Assembly (NCBI GenBank): GCA_031459625.1
Contig: JAVKIH010000001.1
Span: 117,187 to 181,186, forward strand
From: Candidatus Geohabitans tengchongensis
GTDB taxonomy: Bacteria > Sysuimicrobiota > Sysuimicrobiia > Sysuimicrobiales > Humicultoraceae
DNA: 64,000 nucleotides
Direction: 5' to 3'
The translations under genes and the position numbers were made by a program. Below the pieces are notes generated by a model, which did not search any database, was not told the origin of the DNA, and saw only the letters and a program-made list of their open reading frames with translations. Shown here one piece after another: positions 54,911 through 63,706 of the stretch; positions within the stretch are counted from its first letter, which is position 1; each line of letters begins with the position of its first letter.

Positions 54911-54982
54911 GGGCTCCCGGGGGGAGGGTCCGAACCGGGCCCGCCCCCCGGTCGCCGACCGGAGGTCGCCGCAGGCCGCGAC

Positions 54983-55999
54983 ATGACCGTCGGTCGCACC
55001 GGGGAGGAGCAGCCCGGGGCCCTCGCCGTCAGGGGGCGCGACACCGCGCGCGGGGAGGTGGCCCGGGCCCGCCGCCGACGCCTCAGCCTGCGGGCGACGC
55101 GGCGGCTGTGGCTCGTGGTCTTCCTGGGACCGGCGACCGCGCTGTTTGCGCTCTTCGTCACCTACCCGATCCTCTCGGCGCTGGCCTACAGCCTCTTCGC
55201 CTGGGAGGGCATCGGCCGCCGCGAGTTCATCGGGCTGGGCAACTTCGTCCGGCTCGTCCAGACCTTCCCCTACCCGCGCCTGTTGGTGAACGCCTTCTGG
55301 CACAACGTCCTGGTCTTCGTCCTGACCATGGTCGTCCAGAACGGGACGGCCCTGGGGCTGGCCCTGCTGCTGGCGCGGGATCCCTGGGGGGCGCGGGTGT
55401 ACCGGGTCATCTTCTTCCTCCCCGTGACCCTGTCGCTCGTCATCGTGGGCTTCCTGTGGCTGCTCTTCCTCAACCCCGTCTTTGGGGCGGTGAACAAGGT
55501 CCTGGCGCTGGCCGGGGTGGGCCACCTGGCCCGCCCCTGGCTGGGCGACCCGCACACGGCCCTGGTCACGCTCGTCCTGGTGAATGCCTGGCGCTGGCTG
55601 GGCTTCCCCACGCTGGTCTTCCTGGCGGCGATCCACGCCATCCCCGAGGAGTACCTGGAGGCGGCGCGCATCGACGGGGCCGGGGAGGGGGCGGCGGTGC
55701 GGCACGTCGTCCTGCCGCTGCTCGCCCCCGCGGTGACGATCATCGTGCTCCTGACCTTCCTTGGCGCCTTCAACTGGTTCGAGCTCCCCTACGTGATGCA
55801 GGGGGTCGCCGGCGCGCCCGACCGGGCCACCGACGTGCTGGGGCTGCTCTTCTACCGCACCGCCTTCGGCGAAGTGGACACCGGCCTGCAGGACATCGGC
55901 ATCGGCTCGGCCATCGCGGTGCTGATGTTCGCGCTGTTGGGGTCGGTCTCGGCGGTGGCCGCCGTCCTGCTGCGACGGCGGGAGGTGGAGTACGCGTGA
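54983..55999 (+). CDS. sugar ABC permease (MalF-like)
   Basis: Polytopic protein with an EAA loop. The first ~40 residues may be run-on upstream of the true start. Confidence 0.8.
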   Translation: MTVGRTGEEQPGALAVRGRDTARGEVARARRRRLSLRATRRLWLVVFLGPATALFALFVTYPILSALAYSLFAWEGIGRREFIGLGNFVRLVQTFPYPRLLVNAFWHNVLVFVLTMVVQNGTALGLALLLARDPWGARVYRVIFFLPVTLSLVIVGFLWLLFLNPVFGAVNKVLALAGVGHLARPWLGDPHTALVTLVLVNAWRWLGFPTLVFLAAIHAIPEEYLEAARIDGAGEGAAVRHVVLPLLAPAVTIIVLLTFLGAFNWFELPYVMQGVAGAPDRATDVLGLLFYRTAFGEVDTGLQDIGIGSAIAVLMFALLGSVSAVAAVLLRRREVEYA

Positions 56000-56850
56000 A
56001 CGTGGCGGCCGCGGGCCTGCGCCGGAGGCGCCCGCGCGGCTGGGCGTGGGCCGGGCAGCTGGTGCTGACTGCCAACGCCCTGCTCGTCCTGGCGCCCATG
56101 GTCATCATGGTCCTCTCCGCCTTCAAGACCACGCGGGAGATCTTCCAGCACCCCTTCGGGCTGCCGCAGGCCTGGCGCCTGGAGAACTTCGCCCGGGTGT
56201 GGGTGGAGGCCCACTTCGCCCGGTACGTGCAGAACAGCCTGATCGTCACGGCGGCCGCGGTGCTGCTGATCCTCGTGCTGGGCGCCATGGCGGGCTACGC
56301 GCTCGGGCGGTTCCGCTTCGGCGGGAACGACCTCCTCTACCTGTACTTCCTCAGCGGGCTGATGCTGCCGCTGCGGCTGGGGGTGATCCCGCTCTTCCTG
56401 CTGATGCGCAACCTCCACCTCCTCGACACGCTGTGGGCCCTGATCCTCATCTACGCCGCCTCGGGGCTGCCGAGCGCCGTCTTCATCCTCACGGGGTTCT
56501 TCCGCACCCTGCCCCAGGACCTGGACAGCGCCGCGCGCATCGACGGCGCCGGGGAGTGGCGCATCTTCACCACCATCATGCTGCCGCTGGTGCGCCCGGC
56601 CCTGGTGATCGTGGCCATCTACAACATCATCCCGGTGTGGAACGACGTCTTCTTCCCGCTGGTCTTCATCCAGTCGGACGCGCGCAAGACGCTGCCGCTG
56701 GGGATGACCACCTTCTTCGGGCAGTACTTCACCGACTGGGCCACGCTCTTCGCCGGCCTCACCCTGGCCGCGCTCCCGGTGATCGCCACCTACGCGCTCC
56801 TCTCCGGGCAGTTCATCCGGGGCCTCACCGCCGGCGCCGTGAAGGGGTGA
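55996..56850 (+). CDS. sugar ABC permease (MalG-like)
   Basis: GTGA overlap with the upstream gene. C-terminus …GQFIRGLTAGAVKG. Confidence 0.85.
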   Translation: MNVAAAGLRRRRPRGWAWAGQLVLTANALLVLAPMVIMVLSAFKTTREIFQHPFGLPQAWRLENFARVWVEAHFARYVQNSLIVTAAAVLLILVLGAMAGYALGRFRFGGNDLLYLYFLSGLMLPLRLGVIPLFLLMRNLHLLDTLWALILIYAASGLPSAVFILTGFFRTLPQDLDSAARIDGAGEWRIFTTIMLPLVRPALVIVAIYNIIPVWNDVFFPLVFIQSDARKTLPLGMTTFFGQYFTDWATLFAGLTLAALPVIATYALLSGQFIRGLTAGAVKG

Positions 56851-57539
56851 GGGCGCTCCACCCCGTCCTCGAGCGGGTGCGTGGCGGGCTGGTGGTCTCC
56901 TGCCAGGCCCGGCCGGGGCACCCGTTCCGCGACCCCGCGCGCATCCTGGCGATGGCCGAGGCGGCCGCCGCCGGCGGGGCCGCGGGCCTGCGCCTGGCCG
57001 GGGAGGAGGACATCCGCGTCGTGCGGGCAGCCCTCGACCTGCCCATCATCGGCCTGCGCAAGGTGACCTCCCCCGGCTCCCCTGTTTACATCACGCCCAC
57101 CCTCGAGGACGCGCGCGCGGTCGTGGAAGCCGGAGCCGACCTGGTGGCGGTGGACGCCACCGCCCGGCCGCGTCCCGGCGGGGTGGAGGCGGCGGCGCTG
57201 ATCGCCGCGGTGCGCGCGCAGCTGGGCCGCCCGGTCCTGGCGGACGTCTCCACGGTGGAGGAGGGTATCGCCGCAGCCGCCGCCGGGGCCGACGCGGTGG
57301 CCACGACGCTCGCGGGGTACACGGGGCCGGGGGCGCCGCCGGGGGAACCGGACCTGGCGCTGGTCGAGGTGCTGGTCGGGCGGGTCGAGGTGCCGGTGAT
57401 CGCAGAAGGCCGCTATCGGACCCCGGAGGAGGTGGCGCGGGCGTTTCAGGCGGGAGCGTTCGCCGTCGTGGTGGGGCGGGCCATCACCGACCCCGTCCAC
57501 CTCACGCGCCGGTTCGTCGCCGCCACGCCGCGCCGATAG
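56847..57539 (+). CDS. nanE: N-acylglucosamine/mannosamine-6-phosphate 2-epimerase
   Basis: ~230 aa. NanE-like sequence (…GGLVVSCQA…PIIGLRK…DLVAVDAT…VPVIAEGR…). GTG start overlaps the upstream stop. Confidence 0.75.
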   Translation: MRALHPVLERVRGGLVVSCQARPGHPFRDPARILAMAEAAAAGGAAGLRLAGEEDIRVVRAALDLPIIGLRKVTSPGSPVYITPTLEDARAVVEAGADLVAVDATARPRPGGVEAAALIAAVRAQLGRPVLADVSTVEEGIAAAAAGADAVATTLAGYTGPGAPPGEPDLALVEVLVGRVEVPVIAEGRYRTPEEVARAFQAGAFAVVVGRAITDPVHLTRRFVAATPRR

Positions 57540-57548
57540 GGAAACCCG

Positions 57549-58595
57549 ATGGGCCGCATCCGGACGGGGAGCGTCCCCCTCTTCCTCGGGGTCGACGGCG
57601 GTGCCACCTCCACGAGCTGCGTCGTCGCCGACCTGCACGGCCGCGTGGTGGGTGTGGGCCAGGCCGGGCCGGTGGACCACCTCTACCGCCCCGCGGGGCG
57701 GCGGCAGACCCGCGAGGCGCTGCGCCAGGCGGTCGGGGAGGCGCTGCGGGGATCGGGAGCGCGCCGCATGCGCGCCGCCGTGGCCGGCCTGACGGGCTTG
57801 GAACCGGCCTCGCCGGAGTCGGCGCTGGCCACGAGACTCCTCAGCGAGGCGGCACGGGCACAGGGCGCGCAGGTGGAGGCGCTGCGGGTGACGTGGGACG
57901 TCGAGGTGGCGTTCGCCGGGGCCACGGTGGGACGCCCCGGGGTGATGGTGGTGGCGGGCACGGGCTCGGTGGCCTTCGGTCGCGACGCTGCCGGGCGGAC
58001 GGCGCGCGCCGGCGGCTACGGGTTCCTGATCGACGACGCCGGCGGCGGCGTGGCCATCGGGCGGGCGGCGCTGGCCGCGGCGCTGCGCGCGCAGGACGGC
58101 CGCGGGCCGGCGACGCGCCTGGAGGAGGCGGTGGCGGCGCGGCTGGGCCCGTGGCCGGCCATCCGGCGGGCGGTGTACGGGGAGGAGGGGCGCAGGGTGC
58201 TGGCCTCGCTCGTCCCCCTGGTGGTGCAGGCGGCGCGGCGCGGGGACGTGCAGGCACAGGCCATCCTGGGGGAGGCGGGGCAGGCGCTCGCCACCCTGGC
58301 CCTGGCCGTCGTGCGCCGCCTGGACCTGCCGCGGGCCGACCTCTACCCGGTGGGCGGCGTCTTCGAGTCGGGCCCTCTTCTCCTCGCCCCGCTGCGCGCC
58401 GCCCTGGCCGAGGCCGGCGTGCCGGTGCGCCTGCGGCGGCCGGTCCTCCCGCCGGCGCTGGGAGCGGTGCTGCTGGCCATGGACCTGGCGGGCATGGCCC
58501 CGCCGCCGGCAACGGTGCGGCGGCTGCGCCGAGCCCGGATGGCCAAGCGCGCCCGCGCCGGCCCACCGTCCCGCGCCGACCTGTGGTCCCGCTGA
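57549..58595 (+). CDS. N-acetylglucosamine kinase, BadF/BadG/BcrA/BcrD ATPase family
   Basis: ASKHA-fold motifs (LGVDGGATST…; VVAGTGSVAFG…; GYGFLIDDAGGG). The tail is low-complexity run-on. Confidence 0.75.
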   Translation: MGRIRTGSVPLFLGVDGGATSTSCVVADLHGRVVGVGQAGPVDHLYRPAGRRQTREALRQAVGEALRGSGARRMRAAVAGLTGLEPASPESALATRLLSEAARAQGAQVEALRVTWDVEVAFAGATVGRPGVMVVAGTGSVAFGRDAAGRTARAGGYGFLIDDAGGGVAIGRAALAAALRAQDGRGPATRLEEAVAARLGPWPAIRRAVYGEEGRRVLASLVPLVVQAARRGDVQAQAILGEAGQALATLALAVVRRLDLPRADLYPVGGVFESGPLLLAPLRAALAEAGVPVRLRRPVLPPALGAVLLAMDLAGMAPPPATVRRLRRARMAKRARAGPPSRADLWSR

Positions 58596-59512
58596 CGCAA
58601 CGGCCTCCCGGCGAGCGCCAGCCGGACCGCCCCGCCGCCGAACGCCACCCTGACTGACCCGCCGGCGAGCGCCACCCGGATCGAGCCTCCTGCGCGGCGC
58701 AGGCGGCGGCGGGCCTCCTCCGCGTCCGTGCCGAGCCGCGCCATCACGATCGCCGTCTTCACCTCGCCGCCCGCCGCCGCCAGCAGGCGCGCAGCGGTGC
58801 GCGGCGGCACCCCGGCGGCCTGCGCCACGATCGCGCGGGCCCGTGCGCGCAGCTTGGCGTTCAGCGGCCGCACCCCCACCATCAGGTCGCCGTAGACGTG
58901 CCCCAGCCGCACCATCGTGGCCGTGCTCAGCATGTTCAGGACGAGCTTCTGCGCCGTGCCGGCCTTGAGGCGCGTCGAGCCGCGCACCGCCTCCTCGCCG
59001 GTCTGGGGCACGATGGCGATGTTGGCCGCGCGCACGAGCGGCGTGCGCGGGCGGGCCGCCAGCGCCACCGTCGTGGCCCCCCGACGGCGTGCCTCGGCCA
59101 GCGCGGCCACGGTGAAGGGGGTGGAGCCGCTGGCGGCGATGCCGACCACCACGTCGCGCCGTCCCACCCGCAGGCGCCGCATCTCCCGCCGCCCCAGCGC
59201 CGCGTCGTCCTCGAGCGGCGAGGTGGCCTCCACGGTGGCGCCGATGCCGCCGGCCACGACCGCCTGCACTGTCTCCGGGCGGACCCCGAAGGTGGGCGGG
59301 ACCTCCAGGGCGTCCAGCAGGCCGATGCGCCCGCTGGTGCCGGCGCCCACGTAGATCAGCCGCCCGCCGCGTCGCAACGCCGCCACGGCGGCGCGCACCG
59401 CCCGCGCCACCTGCGGCAGGACGCGCTCCACGGCCGGCAGCACCCGGCGGTCCTCCTCGTGGAGGCGGCGCAGCAGGGCCGGCAGCGGCAGCGCGTCGAG
59501 GGGGACGGTCAC
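58343..59512 (-). CDS. murQ: N-acetylmuramic acid 6-phosphate etherase
   Basis: SIS-domain MurQ signature (…LIYVGAGTSGRIG…; …VGIAASGSTPFT…; …TRLKAGTAQKLVLNMLST…). ORF is ~80 aa longer than typical MurQ, with a low-complexity tail. Confidence 0.8.
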   Translation of the reverse strand: MTVPLDALPLPALLRRLHEEDRRVLPAVERVLPQVARAVRAAVAALRRGGRLIYVGAGTSGRIGLLDALEVPPTFGVRPETVQAVVAGGIGATVEATSPLEDDAALGRREMRRLRVGRRDVVVGIAASGSTPFTVAALAEARRRGATTVALAARPRTPLVRAANIAIVPQTGEEAVRGSTRLKAGTAQKLVLNMLSTATMVRLGHVYGDLMVGVRPLNAKLRARARAIVAQAAGVPPRTAARLLAAAGGEVKTAIVMARLGTDAEEARRRLRRAGGSIRVALAGGSVRVAFGGGAVRLALAGRPLRQRDHRSARDGGPARARLAIRARRSRRTVAGGGAMPARSMASSTAPSAGGRTGRRRRTGTPASARAARSGARRRGPDSKTPPTG

Positions 59513-59519
59513 GGAGCGG

Positions 59520-60695
59520 TCACGGCGGGTTGGGCGGGTAGATGGCCCCGAGCACGACGGGGTGGCGCGCGCCGGTGGCGCGCGGGATGTTGGTGGCCAG
59601 CCCCAGGAGGGCGTCGTGCCCGAGGATGGCGAAGGCCACCGCCTCCTTGGCGTCGTCGTCCACCCCGAACTCGGAGGCGCGCCGCACCGCCCGCGGGGCC
59701 AGCCGCCGGCGCAGCCGCTCCATCAAGGTGCGGTTGTGCACCCCGCCGCCGCTGACGATGACCTCGTGCACGTCGTGGCGCGGGAAGATGAACCGCTCGT
59801 AGTTCAGCACGATGGCCTCGGCGGTGAGCGCCGTCACCGTGGCCAGGGCGTCGTGGGGGGAGAGGTCCTTGCGCCGCGCCCGGGCCAGCACCGCCTCGGC
59901 GTAGGCACGCCCGTAGCGCTCCCGGCCGGTGCTCTTGGGGGGCGGGGCGATGATGTACTCGTCCCACAGCAGGTCGCCGAGCAGGGTCTCGTCCACGGTG
60001 CCCTGGGCGGCGGCCTGGCCGTCCGCGTCGAGGGCGCGCCCGAGCAGCATCTCCGCCAGCAGGTCGATGACCATGTTCCCCGGGCCGGTGTCGAAGGCGA
60101 GGACCTCTTCCGGCCCGGCTCCCGCCGGCAGCACCGTGGCGTTGGCGATGCCGCCGATGTTCTGGGCGATGCGCGTGCGCGTCCGGTCGGCGAAGAGGAC
60201 GAAGTCCGCGTACGGCACGAGCGGGGCGCCCTGACCGCCGGCGGCCATGTCCCGGGCGCGGAAGTGGGCCACCGTGCACGTCCCCGTGCGCTCGGCGATG
60301 ACCGCCGGCTCCCCGATCTGCAGCGTCGCCCCCGGCTGCCCGGGGCCGGGCGGGATGTGGTAGACCGTCTGCCCGTGCGAGGCGATGAGGTCCACCTCGC
60401 CCACGCGCGCCATCACCCCCAGCGCCGCCTCGGCGAAGACCTCCCCCACCGCCACGTTCAGCTCGCACACCTCGCGCGTCGAGCCCGCGGCGGTGAGGGC
60501 CAGCACCCGTTCCCGCACCTCCGGCGGGTAGGGGTAGGAGGCGGTGGCCAGCGTGGCCACCCACCGCGCCCGGTCCTTCCCCTCCACCCGCACCGCCGCG
60601 GCGTCCACCGCGTCGGCCGAGGTGCCGGAGATGAGCCCGATGACGGTGCGCGCCGGCTTGCGGGCGATGGCGTCCAGGACGCGGGCCAGCCGCAT
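59520..60695 (-). CDS. anmK: anhydro-N-acetylmuramic acid kinase
   Basis: AnmK N-terminus (IGLISGTSADAVDAAAV…) and ASKHA-fold body. ATG at 60695 chosen; upstream run-on ORF discarded. Confidence 0.85.
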   Translation of the reverse strand: MRLARVLDAIARKPARTVIGLISGTSADAVDAAAVRVEGKDRARWVATLATASYPYPPEVRERVLALTAAGSTREVCELNVAVGEVFAEAALGVMARVGEVDLIASHGQTVYHIPPGPGQPGATLQIGEPAVIAERTGTCTVAHFRARDMAAGGQGAPLVPYADFVLFADRTRTRIAQNIGGIANATVLPAGAGPEEVLAFDTGPGNMVIDLLAEMLLGRALDADGQAAAQGTVDETLLGDLLWDEYIIAPPPKSTGRERYGRAYAEAVLARARRKDLSPHDALATVTALTAEAIVLNYERFIFPRHDVHEVIVSGGGVHNRTLMERLRRRLAPRAVRRASEFGVDDDAKEAVAFAILGHDALLGLATNIPRATGARHPVVLGAIYPPNPP

Positions 60696-61813
60696 CAGCG
60701 CAGCGCCCCGTAGAGGGCGTCGTGGAAGGGGCCGCGGAAGGTCTCGATGGCCGGGTCGACGCGGGGGTGGACGCGGTTGGTCAGGAGGACGACGACGAGG
60801 GCGCGGTCCGGGTCGACGACGATGGAGGTGCCGGTGAAGCCGGTGTGGCCGAAGGCGCGTGGCGAGGCGCCCTCGCCCATGAAGGTCGTGCCCGTGCGGG
60901 TGCGCCACCCGAGGCCGCACCCGCTGCCCAGTGCGGCCCCGGTATGGTCGCGCACCGCCTCGGCAACGGTGGATGGAGCGAGCAGCCGCCGTCCCGCCAG
61001 CACGCCCCCGTCGAGCATGGCCTGTCCCAGGCGCGCCACCTCCTCGGCCGGTCCGAAGAGCCCGGCGTGCCCGGCCACACCGCCGAAGGCGTAGTGGGCA
61101 TTGCCGTCGTGGACCTCCCCCACGATGACCTCCCTACGCCACGGGAAGCCCGGCCCCTCCTCCCCCGCCTGCGCCTCTTCGTAGCCATTGCCCAGCTCGG
61201 TCGCCGCACAGGTCCGCCGCCACGACGGCGGCGGGCGGAAGCGCGTCCGCCGCCACCCCAGCACCGGGGCCACGTGCGCGGCCAGGTAGCGGTCGAGCGG
61301 CAGGCCGCTGGCCAGCCGCACCAGTTCGCCCAGCAGGATGAACCCCAGGTCGCTGTACTCGAAGCGCGTCCCCGGCGGCGCCGCCGGCGGTGTGGCGCAG
61401 ATCTGGGCGACCGCCGCCTCCGCTGTGGCGGCGCGCAGGTAGAGGCGGATCCACGCCGGCAGCCCGGAGGTGTGGGTGAGCAGGTGGCGCACCGTGACCG
61501 CCCCCTTGCCGGCCTGCGCGAAGGCGGGCAGCCAGGCCGCCACGGGACGGTCGATGTCCAGCGCCCCGCGCTCCCACAGCTGCAGCACCGCCGTGGCGGT
61601 GACGGGCTTGGTGAGCGAGGCCAGGTCGAAGAGGGTCCCGGCGGTCATGGGCCGCCGGTGGGGGACGACCTGCGCCCAGCCGAAGGCTCGGTGGTGGACC
61701 ACCCGCCCGTCCTGGCGCACGTGCAGGACCGCCCCCGGGAAGACGCCGCGCGCGATGGCCTCCGCGAGCAGGGCCTCCACCGGGGTCAGGCGTCCGTCGC
61801 GCCGCGCCGTCAC
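60695..61813 (-). CDS. serine hydrolase, beta-lactamase/transpeptidase-like fold (class C beta-lactamase / D-aminopeptidase family)
   Basis: SxxK motif 'SLTKP'. ~372 aa. GTG start forms a GTGA overlap with the upstream permease stop. Confidence 0.8.
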   Translation of the reverse strand: MTARRDGRLTPVEALLAEAIARGVFPGAVLHVRQDGRVVHHRAFGWAQVVPHRRPMTAGTLFDLASLTKPVTATAVLQLWERGALDIDRPVAAWLPAFAQAGKGAVTVRHLLTHTSGLPAWIRLYLRAATAEAAVAQICATPPAAPPGTRFEYSDLGFILLGELVRLASGLPLDRYLAAHVAPVLGWRRTRFRPPPSWRRTCAATELGNGYEEAQAGEEGPGFPWRREVIVGEVHDGNAHYAFGGVAGHAGLFGPAEEVARLGQAMLDGGVLAGRRLLAPSTVAEAVRDHTGAALGSGCGLGWRTRTGTTFMGEGASPRAFGHTGFTGTSIVVDPDRALVVVLLTNRVHPRVDPAIETFRGPFHDALYGALR

Positions 61814-62715
61814 GCCGCCGTCCAGGTGGGGCGCAGGCGCGGGTCGAGGAGCTCCTGCAGCGCGTCGCCGAGCAGGTTGATCCCCAGCACGGCCACGACG
61901 ATGGCCAGCCCCGGGCCCAGCGTCGGCCAGGGGCTCACCTCCAGGTAATTGCGCCCCTCGCTGACCATCAGCCCCAGCGACGGATACGGCGGCTGGGTGC
62001 CCAGGCCGAGGAAGCTCAGCGCCGACTCGAAGAGGATGGCCGTGGCCAGGTTGATGGTGGCCTGCACCAGGACCGGCGTGGCGGCGTTGGGCATGACGTG
62101 GCGGGTGACGATGCGCGACGGGCGCTGCCCCAGCGCCCGCGCCGCCTCCACGTAGGCCTGCGCCGTCACCACCAGGGTGGGGCCGCGGGCGATGCGGGCG
62201 AAGATGGGGACGTAGACCAGGCCGATGGCCAGCACGGTGGTGGCGATCCCCGGGCCCAGGATCACCACGATGGTGATGGCCAGCAGCAGCACGGGGAAGG
62301 CGAAGGCCACGTCCATCACCCGCATGATGACGGTGTCGACGGCTCCGCCGACGAAGCCGGCGACCACCCCGAGGGTGCCGCCCAGCGCCAGGGCGAAGGC
62401 CACGGCCAGCGCCGCCACCGCCAGCGAGGTGCGGTAGCCCCACAGGATGCGGCTGAGCAGGTCGCGGCCGTAGAAGTCGGTGCCGAGCAGGTAGGGGCGG
62501 CCGGGCGGCGCGAAGCGCGCCTCCGGGTGCATCTCGGTCACCGGGAAGGGGGCGAGCACGGGCGCGAGCAGCGCCGCGGCGAGGACCGCCAGGAGCAGCG
62601 CCGCCCCCGTGGCGGCTTTCGGGGCGCGGCGGACCAGGCGCAGGGGGCCGGCGGACGGCCGGACGGCCCTCAGGGCGGGGCGGGAGGCGGCGCCCTCAGC
62701 CATGCCCTCAGCCAT
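61810..62715 (-). CDS. ABC permease, DppC/OppC-like
   Basis: Six TM segments. EAA-region conservation. Confidence 0.85.
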   Translation of the reverse strand: MAEGMAEGAASRPALRAVRPSAGPLRLVRRAPKAATGAALLLAVLAAALLAPVLAPFPVTEMHPEARFAPPGRPYLLGTDFYGRDLLSRILWGYRTSLAVAALAVAFALALGGTLGVVAGFVGGAVDTVIMRVMDVAFAFPVLLLAITIVVILGPGIATTVLAIGLVYVPIFARIARGPTLVVTAQAYVEAARALGQRPSRIVTRHVMPNAATPVLVQATINLATAILFESALSFLGLGTQPPYPSLGLMVSEGRNYLEVSPWPTLGPGLAIVVAVLGINLLGDALQELLDPRLRPTWTAA

Positions 62716-63655
62716 AGCGGATGCGCGGGTCGAGCAGGACGTAGGCCAGGTCCACCGCCAGGTTGATCAGGACGAAGAGGCCGGTGACCAGCAGCACCAC
62801 CGCCTGCAGCACCGGGTAGTCCCGCTGCACGATGGCCAGCAGCCCCAGCCGCCCCAACCCCGGGATGGCGAAGACCTGCTCCACCACGATCGACCCCCCC
62901 ACCAGGTAGCCGGCCACGATCCCGATGAGGGTCACCACGGGGATGAGGGCGTTCGGCAGCATGTGCCGGCGCACCACCGCCACCTCCCCCAGCCCCTTGG
63001 CCCGGGCCACGGTGACGTACTCCTCCCCGCGCACCCCCACCAGGGACGCCCGCACCATGCGGGCGATGGCCGCCGCGTTGGGCACGGCCAGCGTGAGCGC
63101 CGGGAGGAAGAAGCCCCAGAGGTTGCCCAGCGGGTCGCGCCACAGCGGCGGGTAGGCCAGCACGGGGAACCAGCGCAGGTGGACGCTGAAGGTGAGGATG
63201 AGCACCGCCCCCACCCAGAAGGCCGGCAGGGAGAGGCCGAGCAGCGTGAAGGTCTGCATCGCCGCGTCGGCCAGGCGGGAGCGCGTGGTGCCGGCGGCGA
63301 CCCCCAGCGGCAGGGCCAGGGCCACGGCCAGCCCCAGCCCGTAGGCGGCCAGCTCCAGCGTGTAGGGGAGGGCCTCCCCCACCAGGTCGGCGATGGGACG
63401 GCCGGTGCGCACCGAGGTGCCCAGGTCCCCGCGCAGCAGCCGTCCCATCCACCGCAGGTACTGGACCGGGACCGGCCGGTCGAGTCCCAGGTCGCGGCGC
63501 ACGCGGGCCAGCTGCTCGGGATCGGTGGACTCGAAGCCCAGCAGCACCTGCGCCGGGTCCCCGGGGATGAGGTGCATCAACCCGAAGACCAGCATGGAGA
63601 TGACCAGCAGGACGGGGAGGAGCAGGAGGAGGCGCTGGGCCAGGTAGCGTTGCAT
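62708..63655 (-). CDS. ABC permease, DppB/OppB-like
   Basis: MQRYLAQRLLLLLPVLLVISMLVFGLMHLIPGDP N-terminus is typical of OppB. Confidence 0.85.
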   Translation of the reverse strand: MQRYLAQRLLLLLPVLLVISMLVFGLMHLIPGDPAQVLLGFESTDPEQLARVRRDLGLDRPVPVQYLRWMGRLLRGDLGTSVRTGRPIADLVGEALPYTLELAAYGLGLAVALALPLGVAAGTTRSRLADAAMQTFTLLGLSLPAFWVGAVLILTFSVHLRWFPVLAYPPLWRDPLGNLWGFFLPALTLAVPNAAAIARMVRASLVGVRGEEYVTVARAKGLGEVAVVRRHMLPNALIPVVTLIGIVAGYLVGGSIVVEQVFAIPGLGRLGLLAIVQRDYPVLQAVVLLVTGLFVLINLAVDLAYVLLDPRIRYG

Positions 63656-63706
63656 GGGACGCGCGCGGGCCCCGGTCCACGGACCGCGACCGCGACCCGC
63701 GCGGGC

